Positions 32,901-40,679 of a stretch of 64,000 nucleotides of DNA are shown piece after piece. The position numbers and the translations under genes were made by a program. The DNA lies in contig JACJZJ010000001.1 in NCBI GenBank assembly GCA_020635675.1, positions 128,184 to 192,183 on the forward strand. Direction: 5' to 3'. Numbering within the stretch: the first letter of the stretch is position 1; every line of letters begins with the position of its first letter. Below the pieces are notes generated by a model. It was not told the origin of the DNA. It made no database searches and worked only from the letters and a program-made list of their open reading frames with translations. The DNA is from Flavobacteriales bacterium. Lineage in GTDB: Bacteria > Bacteroidota > Bacteroidia > Flavobacteriales_F > PHOS-HE28.

Positions 32901-35900
32901 CCACCGGGGAAGAGGGTCGGCACCAGGTCGATGCTGAGCGGCGCCGGCTCGTTCAGGTCGATGTCGGCAACGTCGGAGCATCCGAGCAGGTCATGGACCT
33001 CCAGGATATAGTTCCCGGCGACCAGCCCAGTGATGTCCTCGGTGCTCGCCGTGAATCCATTGGGGCCTGTCCAAATGAACGTATAGGGTTGCACGCCGCC
33101 GGCGACCAGGGCATCGATGCTGCCGTCAGCCGAGCCGATGCAACTCACGTTCCCATTTCCGACCAGTGCTGGGACCAATCCGACATGGACCGGAGGGGGT
33201 TGCGTGATGGTGTAGGTCCGTAGGGTCTGGCATCCGTTCTGGTCCGTCAATGTGAGGTCATAGGTGCCTGGGAGCAGGTCGCCGATGTAGTTGGTGATCG
33301 CGGAATAGGCACCTGGACCGTTCCAGGAGTAGTAATAGGGCGCGGTGCCACCGGACGCGGAAATGAAGATCGAGCCATCGTTCGCGCCGGCGCAGGAGAC
33401 ATTGTAACCGCCGGGGAACGCGGATGTGATGCCGTTCACTGCAAAGGCGCCCGGTTCGTTCACATCGACGCTCTGCTCGTGGACGCAGCCGTTCGCATCG
33501 TTGATGGTGACGAAATACACACCTGCATAGAGCGCGGACAGGTCCTCATCGGTGGACGAGAACGCTGCGGGTCCGCTCCAGAAGTAGGTGTAGGGTCCCA
33601 CGCCTCCGCTGACGTCCAATGCAATGGCCCCGTCGTTCGAACCATGGCACAATGCCGTGGTCGCTGTGGCGTTGGAGGCGATCGCCGGAGGAGCGGTCAG
33701 TGTGATCGCGTCCGTCCGGATACAACCGTTCAGATCGGTCACCGTCACCTGGTAATTGCCGGGCTGCAGATGATCGATGTCCTCGGTATTGCTGGTGAAC
33801 GCGTTCGGGCCGGTCCATTGGAAATGATAGCCACCGGCACCGCCGCTGAGGTCCATGGCGATGCTGCCGTTGGCGGTGTCGGCGCATGTGGTGGCGAAAC
33901 CTCCGTTGAACATCGACCCGGTGAGGGTCATCGCCAGGGGCGAGGGTTCGGTCAATGTCGTCGTGGCCCCTGTGGTGCAACCGGCCGCATCGATGATCAT
34001 GGCGGAATAGGTCCCTGCCGGGATGGCGGTCAGGTCCGCACCGTTGCTTGTGAAGCCGTTCGGCCCGGTCCAGAGGATGGAATAGGGCGCCGACCCGCCT
34101 GAAATGGTCAGGTCGATGGCTCCATCGCTACCGCCTGAGCAAGAGACATTGTCACCGTTGTCTTGGACCAGGGACACCTGGCTTGTGGTCAGCGCGGGTG
34201 CCTGTTCAAGTTCGATCATGCCCGTCATGGCGCAACCGTTGACGTCCGTGACCGAGATCGAATAGATCCCGGCGGTGAGACCGGATATGTCCTCGGTGTT
34301 CGCAGCGAAACCGTTGGGGCCACCCCATGCGATAGTGTAGGGGAGCGTTCCTCCGGTCAGGGTCGCGTCGATCGACCCATCACTGCTGCCATTGCAACTG
34401 ACCGCATATCCACCGGCGTAAGTGCTGGCGGAAAGCGCATTCACCAGAGGAGCGGGCCCGTTCACGGTGAGATCGACGAGCGCATTGCATCCGTTCGCAT
34501 CGGTGATCGTCACTTGATAGGCACCGGCGGCGATCCCGGACAGGTCCTCGCTCGTGCTGGTGAATCCGTTCGGGCCCGACCATTGGTAGGATAGTGGTAC
34601 AGTGCCTCCGGAAGCGCTCAGGTCGATCGATCCATCGCTGCTGTTGGCGCAGCTGACGCCCCATCCGCCAGGATAGCTGCCCGGGGTCGCATTGGCAGTG
34701 ATAAGACCGGGTTCGGTGACGTCGAAGGATCGTGTCGCGCTGCAGCCGTTCGCGTCGATGATCTGAAGCTGGTAGATCCCCGAGGCCAATGCCGTGATAT
34801 CCGCCGTGTTCGCTGTGAAACCATTGGGCCCTGTCCATGAGGCGCTGTAGGGAGCCACGCCTCCGCTGATGGTGGCGTCGATGGCGCCCGTGGGAGTACC
34901 CTGGCAGGTGGCGGTGGTGATCCCCGCCGTCGCATCGAGCGCAGGTGGGGCGGAGAGGGTGAAATGTTGCGTGTAGGTGCAGCCATGCGCATCGGTCACC
35001 AGGAGGTCGTACACACCCACCTCCAGACCGGTGAGGTCCTCGAGACCGGTGGTGTTCCCGAACGCGTCGTTCCATTGATAGGAGTAAGGCGCCGTTCCAC
35101 CGTTGGTGGTGATGTTGATGCTGCCGTCCGACGCGTCGGTGCAGGAGACGTTGTACCCGCCGCCGAAGGTGCCGAGCACCGCGCTGACACCGACCGGTTG
35201 GGTCGGGCCGTTGATGGTCACAGGGAATTGCTTTGGTGTGTCGCAACCATTGTTGTCGGTCACCGTGATCGTGTACAGGCCGGGTGCCAGGCCTGTGGCG
35301 CTGGCCCCGTATTGTGGCGGGACGGTATTCCACTCCACCGTGTAGTTGCCGCTCCCGCCGCTGATGTCGAAGGTGGCATACCCATCGTTCGAGCCGAAGC
35401 AGCTTACATGGCCGATGTCCTCCACAAAGGCCGAAATGCCGATGATGGGCTGGACGACCTGCACATTGACGGAGGCGCTGCAGCCGTTCGAATCCAGGAC
35501 CTGCGCCGTGTAGGTGCCCGCGGAAAGGCCGCTCGCCGTCGCTCCGGTCTGGGCCGGTTGGGTGCTCCAAACGATCTGATAGGGCATGGTCCCGCCAGAT
35601 GGCGAGACGGTCGCGCTGCCGCTGTTCGCTTCATAGCAGAGCACGTTCGTTACGCTGGTGATCGACAATGCAAGGGGGGCGCTCGGTCCGGTGATCGTGG
35701 CCGTGGTCTGTGCGGCGCACCCGTTGTTGTCGGCGATGGTCACCGGATAGGTGCCCGCAACGAGCGATCCGGCCGTGGCGCCGGTCTGTACCGGTATCGT
35801 GTTCCAGGAATAGGTATACGGGGCATTGCCACCCGACCCGGCCACCGTGGCCGATCCGGTGGCGGACCCGTAGCAGCTCTGTGCGGTGGTCCCAATGAGA

Positions 35901-38900
35901 TCGACGGTCACCGGGGAAGGTTGGGTCAGAACGATGGATCCGGAGGCCGTGCAGGTGTTCGCGTCCGTTATCACCAGGTCGTAGGTCCCTGCCGTCAGTC
36001 CGGAAGGGTCCTCGGAGGAGGAAGTATAACCGCCAGGCCCTGACCAATCGAACGCGTAGGGCGCGACACCGCCCGTGATCGAGGCGTCGATACTGCCGTT
36101 CGCTCCGCCATTGCAACTGATATTGGCCGAACCGTGGACCGATGGGGTCAGGCCCACCGAAATGGCCAAGGCCGTGGTCAGGTCGAAGGTCTGCGAGGTG
36201 CTGCAACCGTTCGCATCGGTCACGGTGAACTGGTACTGGCCCGTGCCGAGACCACTGATGTCCTCGCTGGAGGCCGTGTATCCGTTCGGGCCGGTCCAGC
36301 TGAACGCATAGGGCGGTGTGGCACCGCCGATGGTCATGTCGATGGCCCCGTCGGTGCTGTTGCCACAACTGACCGGTACGCCATTGTGGTCGCTGATCGT
36401 ACTTGCGAGCGAGAACAGGCCGGGCTGGTTGACATCGAACGATGCATTGGCCGAGCAGCCATGCGCATCGGTCACCATCAACGTATAGCCTCCTGCGACG
36501 AGTGACCCGATGTCCTCACTGGTACTCGAGAAGCCACCGGGCCCGCTCCAAAGGAGACCATAGGGTGCCGTACCACCGGAGATCGTGGCATCGATCGCGC
36601 CATCTGCCGCGCCCTGACAGTTGGCGGGGGTCACGTTGCCGGAGATCATCAGCGGGTCCGGTTCGGAAATGGTCACGCTGGCAATGGCCGAACAACCGTT
36701 GGAATCGATGACCGTCACGCTCCGTGGGCCTGCGCTCAGACCGATGGCCGTTGCAGCGTTCTGCACCGGGGTCGTATTCCAGGAGTAGCCGTAAGGGCCG
36801 GTCCCCCCGGTGACGAGCACATGGGCGCTGCCATTGCTGCCGCCATGGCAGGCTACATCCGTGCTCCCGTCCACCAGCGCGTTCAGCGCCGCGCCGGGAC
36901 CCGTGATGGCGACGTTGAGCGAGGCGGAACAGCCGTTGGCATCATGAACGGTCGCGATATGTGCTCCCGCATCGAGGCCGACCGCGGTGGCCGCCGTTTG
37001 TACAGGCGTCGTGTTCCAGGAATACGTGATCGCCCCCGTACCGCCAGAGGCCTGAACGGTGGCACTTCCGGTGGAACCACCGAAGCAATTCACGTTCTGC
37101 TGCGCGAACAAGGACACGGTGAGCGCATTGGCCGGTCCGGTGATGGTCACATCGCGGGTCGTCCCACAACCGTTCGCATCGGAGATCGTCGCCGTCCAGG
37201 TGCCCGCGGGCAACGCGGTCGCCATGGGGCCGTTCTGCGGAGGCACCGTGTTCCATTGGATGGTGTATGGTGACGTTCCCCCGCTCACGTTCAGCGACGC
37301 GCTTCCGGTGGCTTCGCCCTGGCAGGCCACATTGATCAGTTGTGCGACCGTGGTCTGGATCGGCTGGGTGGGGCCGGTGATGGACGTCGATGCGGTCGTC
37401 GCACAACCGTACGTGTCGGTCACGGTCACCTGGTAACTTCCTACGGCAAGGGGTGTCGCAGTGGTGCCGGTCTGCACGGGTGCCGTGTTCCAGGAGTAGC
37501 TGTAGGGAGGAATGCCGCCATTGACATCCACTGTCGCACTGCCGAGACCATCACCGAAGCAGGTCACGTTCGTGGTTCCTGTGATGGAGGCGTTGAGCGG
37601 AGTGGTCTCCGTCAGCGTCGTCGAGCCGGCCGCCGTGCAGCCGTGCGAATCGGTCACGCTTACGGAATAGGTTCCCGCGAACAGACCATAGATATCCTCC
37701 GCGCTGCTGGAGTAGCCGTTCGGTCCGGTCCAGGTCACCGCGTAGGGGCCTGTTCCTCCGGCGATCTCGGCATCAATGGCGCCGTCATGTCCGCCAAAGC
37801 AGCTGATGTTCTGGCCGAAAGGAAGGATCGAGGGGTCGAGGACGACGGCCAGGGGTTGTGGCTCGTTCACGATGAAGTTCTGCGTGCGGGTGCAGGCCGC
37901 ATCGACCACGGTCACAGAGTAGGTGCCGGATGGTATCCCGCTGATGTCCTGCGTGGCGGCAGTGAAACCGTTCGGTCCGGTCCAACTGTAGGAATATGGA
38001 GGCAGGCCGTTGCTTACGCTCAGATTGATCGCGCCATTGACGGCGCCTTGGCAAAGGGGTGAGGTGATCGCAGCGCTCAGGGCCAGGTTGCTCACGCGGA
38101 CCGTCCGGTTAAAGGCCTTGCTGCAGGTTCCATCCGTGACCGTCACGGTATAGGTGGTCGTGCTGGTGGGAGATGCGACTGGATCCGGGCAGGTGGTGCA
38201 ACTCAGGCCGGTGGCCGGCGACCAGGAGAACGACGAGCCCCCCGTTACGCTGAACGGCCACGAGCCTCCATTGCAAATGGTGCCTCCCAGGGAGACCGAA
38301 GCGAAGAGCGAATCGCGGATGTTGAAGGTCAGCGAATCGATGATCGTACTTGGACAGCTCGGGTTGCCCAGCACGACATGGATGTCCTCGACACCTTCGT
38401 TCAGCACATCGAACAAAGGGGTAACCACTTGGTCGACATAGGTCTGGTTAGGAGGAATGGTGATGTGTTTGGCCACGTTGGGGTTCACATTGCCGATCTG
38501 CTGGTAGTCCGTTCCGTTCGTCGCCGTGCCCATCAGGTAGTAGTCCAGCGGCAGCGCCGTGGGTCGTGGATTGGCGCGACTGAACCGGATCCATCCGCTG
38601 TTGCAGGCTTCGATCATGTCCGGGCCCCCGTTCGCGGTATAGGTGCTCAAGCTCAGGCTTGGGCTATGGACCTTGGCGATGAAGACCCCGGAGTCGAACT
38701 TCTTGTCGGAGGCGTCGGCAACGATCAACTGCAGATGATACGTCTGGCAGGGCTGGACAACCGATTCGGCGAACAGTCCTTGCGTGAACCCATCGTACTG
38801 GATGTCAGCACCGCCGGCGTTGTCGTGATAGTAGCTGCTGTTGGATCCATTGTTCACGTTGTTGATCGTGACCGGAGTGGTCGTGTTCGGCACCAGCGCG

Positions 38901-39463
38901 ATGTTGTGCGCACTTCCGGCACCGGGGTCCCCGGAAATGCCCGGTCCGCTGATGAAGAAGCCGAACACGTCGTTGTACTGTGAACCGACCCATTCGTTGT
39001 ACTCCTCGGATCCGAACACGAAATCGAAATGCAACGAGTCCCCGGAAGGGATCACGTCGAACTCGAACTTGCACGCGTTGTAGGTGGTGCGGCCGGTCAC
39101 ATTGTTGAGGAGCGGGTTGCCCCCTGTGCTGGGCTGGTAGGAGGTGTTCTCGACATCGTTCGGCCCGATCGCGTCCGAGATGCGCCCGGAAGTGAGGATC
39201 ACACCCTCGGTGACAGGACCGAACAGGCTTCCGGAATAGGTGAAGTCACCGTATCCCTGCGGATCACAGTTGATCTGTGGGTTCGAGATGCTGACGCCCT
39301 GTCCGGTGATGGTGCTGGCCAACTGCTGCAGGTCGGTCTGCTGGTTCACGGTGAGCTGCGCCATGATCGGAGCACCTCCCATCAGGAATAGTGATGCGGT
39401 GAGCAGGAACGCGCCTGATGCGGAGCGTGCAAGGGGTCGTTGGTCCTTCGCGATCGTGCTCAT
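29963..39463 (-). CDS. giant SprB-like cell-surface repeat adhesin with a type-B (gliding-motility-associated) T9SS C-terminal domain
   Basis: About 3166 aa from the second ATG, whose ATGA overlaps the upstream ORF's stop. It has a signal peptide (...LLTASLFLMGGAPIMAQ), an N-terminal ~250-aa domain, about 35 tandem repeats of roughly 77 aa, and a C-terminus LPTGFSPNGDGRNDLYLIQGLDGYSSNELVVMNRWGNKVYERLNYRNDWNG...DGTYFVLLNI characteristic of TIGR04131-type CTDs. Confidence 0.85.
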   Translation of the reverse strand: MSTIAKDQRPLARSASGAFLLTASLFLMGGAPIMAQLTVNQQTDLQQLASTITGQGVSISNPQINCDPQGYGDFTYSGSLFGPVTEGVILTSGRISDAIGPNDVENTSYQPSTGGNPLLNNVTGRTTYNACKFEFDVIPSGDSLHFDFVFGSEEYNEWVGSQYNDVFGFFISGPGISGDPGAGSAHNIALVPNTTTPVTINNVNNGSNSSYYHDNAGGADIQYDGFTQGLFAESVVQPCQTYHLQLIVADASDKKFDSGVFIAKVHSPSLSLSTYTANGGPDMIEACNSGWIRFSRANPRPTALPLDYYLMGTATNGTDYQQIGNVNPNVAKHITIPPNQTYVDQVVTPLFDVLNEGVEDIHVVLGNPSCPSTIIDSLTFNIRDSLFASVSLGGTICNGGSWPFSVTGGSSFSWSPATGLSCTTCPDPVASPTSTTTYTVTVTDGTCSKAFNRTVRVSNLALSAAITSPLCQGAVNGAINLSVSNGLPPYSYSWTGPNGFTAATQDISGIPSGTYSVTVVDAACTRTQNFIVNEPQPLAVVLDPSILPFGQNISCFGGHDGAIDAEIAGGTGPYAVTWTGPNGYSSSAEDIYGLFAGTYSVSVTDSHGCTAAGSTTLTETTPLNASITGTTNVTCFGDGLGSATVDVNGGIPPYSYSWNTAPVQTGTTATPLAVGSYQVTVTDTYGCATTASTSITGPTQPIQTTVAQLINVACQGEATGSASLNVSGGTSPYTIQWNTVPPQNGPMATALPAGTWTATISDANGCGTTRDVTITGPANALTVSLFAQQNVNCFGGSTGSATVQASGGTGAITYSWNTTPVQTAATAVGLDAGAHIATVHDANGCSASLNVAITGPGAALNALVDGSTDVACHGGSNGSAHVLVTGGTGPYGYSWNTTPVQNAATAIGLSAGPRSVTVIDSNGCSAIASVTISEPDPLMISGNVTPANCQGAADGAIDATISGGTAPYGLLWSGPGGFSSTSEDIGSLVAGGYTLMVTDAHGCSANASFDVNQPGLFSLASTISDHNGVPVSCGNSTDGAIDMTIGGATPPYAFSWTGPNGYTASSEDISGLGTGQYQFTVTDANGCSTSQTFDLTTALAISVGLTPSVHGSANISCNGGANGSIDASITGGVAPYAFDWSGPGGYTSSSEDPSGLTAGTYDLVITDANTCTASGSIVLTQPSPVTVDLIGTTAQSCYGSATGSATVAGSGGNAPYTYSWNTIPVQTGATAGSLVAGTYPVTIADNNGCAAQTTATITGPSAPLALSITSVTNVLCYEANSGSATVSPSGGTMPYQIVWSTQPAQTGATASGLSAGTYTAQVLDSNGCSASVNVQVVQPIIGISAFVEDIGHVSCFGSNDGYATFDISGGSGNYTVEWNTVPPQYGASATGLAPGLYTITVTDNNGCDTPKQFPVTINGPTQPVGVSAVLGTFGGGYNVSCTDASDGSINITTNGGTAPYSYQWNDAFGNTTGLEDLTGLEVGVYDLLVTDAHGCTYTQHFTLSAPPALDATAGITTATCQGTPTGAIDATISGGVAPYSASWTGPNGFTANTADITALASGIYQLQIIDANGCSATRSFDVTEPGLITANATPGSYPGGWGVSCANSSDGSIDLSASGGTVPLSYQWSGPNGFTSTSEDLSGIAAGAYQVTITDANGCNALVDLTVNGPAPLVNALSASTYAGGYAVSCNGSSDGSIDATLTGGTLPYTIAWGGPNGFAANTEDISGLTAGIYSISVTDVNGCAMTGMIELEQAPALTTSQVSLVQDNGDNVSCSGGSDGAIDLTISGGSAPYSILWTGPNGFTSNGADLTAIPAGTYSAMIIDAAGCTTGATTTLTEPSPLAMTLTGSMFNGGFATTCADTANGSIAMDLSGGAGGYHFQWTGPNAFTSNTEDIDHLQPGNYQVTVTDLNGCIRTDAITLTAPPAIASNATATTALCHGSNDGAIALDVSGGVGPYTYFWSGPAAFSSTDEDLSALYAGVYFVTINDANGCVHEQSVDVNEPGAFAVNGITSAFPGGYNVSCAGANDGSIFISASGGTAPYYYSWNGPGAYSAITNYIGDLLPGTYDLTLTDQNGCQTLRTYTITQPPPVHVGLVPALVGNGNVSCIGSADGSIDALVAGGVQPYTFIWTGPNGFTASTEDITGLVAGNYILEVHDLLGCSDVADIDLNEPAPLSIDLVPTLFPGGGGVSCGGSADGEIDLSITGGNAPYSSHWTGPNAFQSNAFDLSGLAAGTYTVTVTDANGCSEAAQVVLTTPVPIAINVAVSQYGNGYNVPCQGSAAGTISITTTGGGGGYMYAWSGPNGFTSSDSDPTGLVAGLYQLLVTDVSGCSAGASVTITEPTMVGITGTLSDAGNGYQVGCSGNDGAVDITPSGGTAPYQFSWSGTGGFGSNAEDLSGMAAGIYSVIITDANGCTAGSTYSLDQAGDLLATLDVSGNVCDGLDDGAIDLTITGGVDPYATTWSGPNGFVATTEDVDALGGGQYTVQITDANNCGTTQSATIAASTPMDLTTYLSNYGNVNIPCAGDSTGVIEVSIAGGTLPLTIDWSGPNGFASQAATLNALVAGEYHLSVTDANGCPLDTSITLTSPADPLAGSLDPALFPSGTNISCNGASDGSVDLTVAGGTGPYTFDWRGPDSTSYDSEDISGVPAGDYELVIIDANQCTHEMQITLSEPDSALVESHFLSVFAGGYQTSCPDSQDGTIDLTIAGGSGGYSYDWSGPNGSTSTDEDLAGLIAGDYFVTVTDSNGCMLSNTITLTAPPAFDVVLIADTFPGGSAISCNGAGDGSVQATVNGGTPGYQFDWSGPNGFGANDPIISALAAGAYCLSIVDTNGCATQSCIDLIEPDPLVLQASATEAACGLSTGAIDLTVSGGSPSYAFAWNGAANSEDLSGLSAGAYSVTVVDANGCTAQLSTDVPGTPGIDAEATVTDALCYGSDGGAIDLQIISGTAPFLFTWNNGSGMEDLAGLQAGTYTVAITNADGCAWSETYVVGQSDELTATATAHTYPNGYNVSSFQGHDGSIIVTVQGGTPPYTFDWTNGGTTANVNGLSAGEHQVTITDANGCTTILEITLDEPTDLVLPTGFSPNGDGRNDLYLIQGLDGYSSNELVVMNRWGNKVYERLNYRNDWNGENLQGRPLPDGTYFVLLNINGGAITLQNYVDLRR
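30250..38600 (-). repeat. in-frame coding tandem array of about 35 SprB-type repeats (~230-bp period, diverged copies)
   Basis: The recurring peptide pattern is C..GA/S.DG.I...I.GG..PY.Y.W.GPNGF.S...D..GL.AG.Y...VTD.NGC........L..P. Copies are about 40-60% identical. The array generates many spurious ORFs on both strands. Confidence 0.8.
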
Positions 39464-39831
39464 CGGGTCGCCTGGCATTGCGCCTCGATCGAGGCTTGGT
39501 CATCGGTCGATTCGGTGATCCGCGCAGCAGGGATGGTGCGGTCCACGGACAGGAGCGTCGTGCTCCGTTGCAGCGCACCCGCACCCTGGACGAGGGTGAT
39601 CACGATGATCCCGGCCGGAACGCAGGCATAGGTCACTTGAGCGGTCCCTTCCGCTTGCAGGTCCTCCGCGATCGCATCCCGCTCCGTGGCGGTCAACCCC
39701 GTGATATGGAGCACCAATCTGGAACTGGAGGTGCCGGATTGGGCCAGCAAAGGCTTGGGACCGCTCCCTATGACCAGGAGCAGCAGGATCAAACTCCTCA
39801 GGTTCAGCATATTGTCCAATACTTTGTTCAT
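39460..39831 (-). CDS. small secreted protein of unknown family, translationally coupled to the giant adhesin gene
   Basis: 123 aa from MNKVLDNMLNLRSLILLLLVIGSGPKPLLAQ (signal peptide), leaving a ~90-aa mature part. Its TGA stop overlaps the adhesin ATG as ATGA (plus-strand tcat at 39460-39463). Confidence 0.6.
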   Translation of the reverse strand: MNKVLDNMLNLRSLILLLLVIGSGPKPLLAQSGTSSSRLVLHITGLTATERDAIAEDLQAEGTAQVTYACVPAGIIVITLVQGAGALQRSTTLLSVDRTIPAARITESTDDQASIEAQCQATR

Positions 39832-39940
39832 TCCGGTCCGACCGCACGCGGCGGCCACTCCCCACACGGGGGCGGCCCTTTATACCGGGGCCGGACGCAA
39901 TTGGTTCCGAAGTGCGATGGACGCTCTTGTCAGGGCACTG

Positions 39941-40675
39941 TCAGCGGCGCTGGACCGCGGCGGCGTAAAGAGCGATGCCGGCGGCGACCGAGACGTTCAA
40001 TGAACCCAACTTGCCTGACATGGGGATGCGCGCCAGGTGGTCGGCAAGACGCAAGACCGCATCGCTGATGCCCTGTTCTTCCCCGCCAAGCACCAGGCAC
40101 AACGGGCCGCTCAGGTCGATCCCAGGAAGATCCTCGGCCCCTTTCTCCGTGAGCGCGACGATCTGGAGGCCATGGTCATGCAGACGATGCAGGGCATGGG
40201 CCAGCGAGCGGATCCGGCATACCGGTACCCGGAGCAAGGCGCCGGAGGAGCTTTTGACAGCATCGGGCCCCAGCCGCGCACTACCGGAGGTGGGGATCAC
40301 CATGGCATGTGCTCCCAGGCACTCTGCGGAACGGGCGATCGCTCCGACATTGCGCACGTCGGTCACTCCATCAAGTACAAGCAGGAACGGGGCCACGCCG
40401 CGGGCATACACCCCGCTGATCACCTCGTCCAGGTCCTGCTCCGGCAGTGGGCTCACGTAGGCCGCCACACCCTGGTGTTCCCCGCGTACCAGACGATCCA
40501 GCTTTTCCATGGGTACGCGGACCACCGGCACATGCGCATGTTGCGCCGCCTGGCGGATCGCGCGCAACGGTTCGCCGCCGCCCTCGCGCCGGATCAGGAC
40601 GCGTTCGATGTGCCGTCCTGCGGAAAGTGCTTCAAGCACAGGGTGCACACCGTAAATGATCCCGTTACGCTCCAC
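39941..40675 (-). CDS. rlmB: 23S rRNA (guanosine-2'-O)-methyltransferase RlmB, SpoU/TrmH family
   Basis: The SPOUT motifs are present (...LVLDGVTDVRNVGAIARSAECLGA...LVLGGEEQGISD...SLNVSVAAGIALY). The ORF-track ATG at 40735 overlaps the upstream gene by 55 nt. A GTG at 40675, just after the upstream stop, gives 244 aa, so the start is uncertain. Confidence 0.8.
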   Translation of the reverse strand: MERNGIIYGVHPVLEALSAGRHIERVLIRREGGGEPLRAIRQAAQHAHVPVVRVPMEKLDRLVRGEHQGVAAYVSPLPEQDLDEVISGVYARGVAPFLLVLDGVTDVRNVGAIARSAECLGAHAMVIPTSGSARLGPDAVKSSSGALLRVPVCRIRSLAHALHRLHDHGLQIVALTEKGAEDLPGIDLSGPLCLVLGGEEQGISDAVLRLADHLARIPMSGKLGSLNVSVAAGIALYAAAVQRR

Positions 40676-40679
40676 GCGG

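Noticed and set aside
31463-36043. Multiple ORFs inside the giant adhesin gene, for example 34380..35570 (-, 396 aa), 34964..36043 (+, 359 aa), 31463..32197 (+) and 33479..34102 (+).
   Set aside because: They are alternative frames of the tandem coding repeat array. The in-frame 3166-aa ORF with a signal peptide and CTD explains the region.
30250-38600. Possible CRISPR array, suggested by periodic repeats.
   Set aside because: The period is about 230 bp rather than about 60-70 bp, the copies are diverged, they sit in frame inside a protein, and there is no leader or cas genes. This is a coding tandem repeat.
39832-39940. GC-rich dyads (CGGCCC...GGGCCG, CCCCACACGGGG) between rlmB and the small ORF, considered as a possible terminator or attenuator.
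   Set aside because: The stems are short, the loops are long, no U-tract follows, and there is no TAnnTTTG box. The evidence is insufficient.
39418-40068. A 216-aa Arg-rich plus-strand ORF and the 39500..39865 minus-strand alternative frame.
   Set aside because: Both are out-competed by the signal-peptide-bearing ORF 39460..39831, whose stop is coupled to the adhesin start, and their composition is typical of artefacts.
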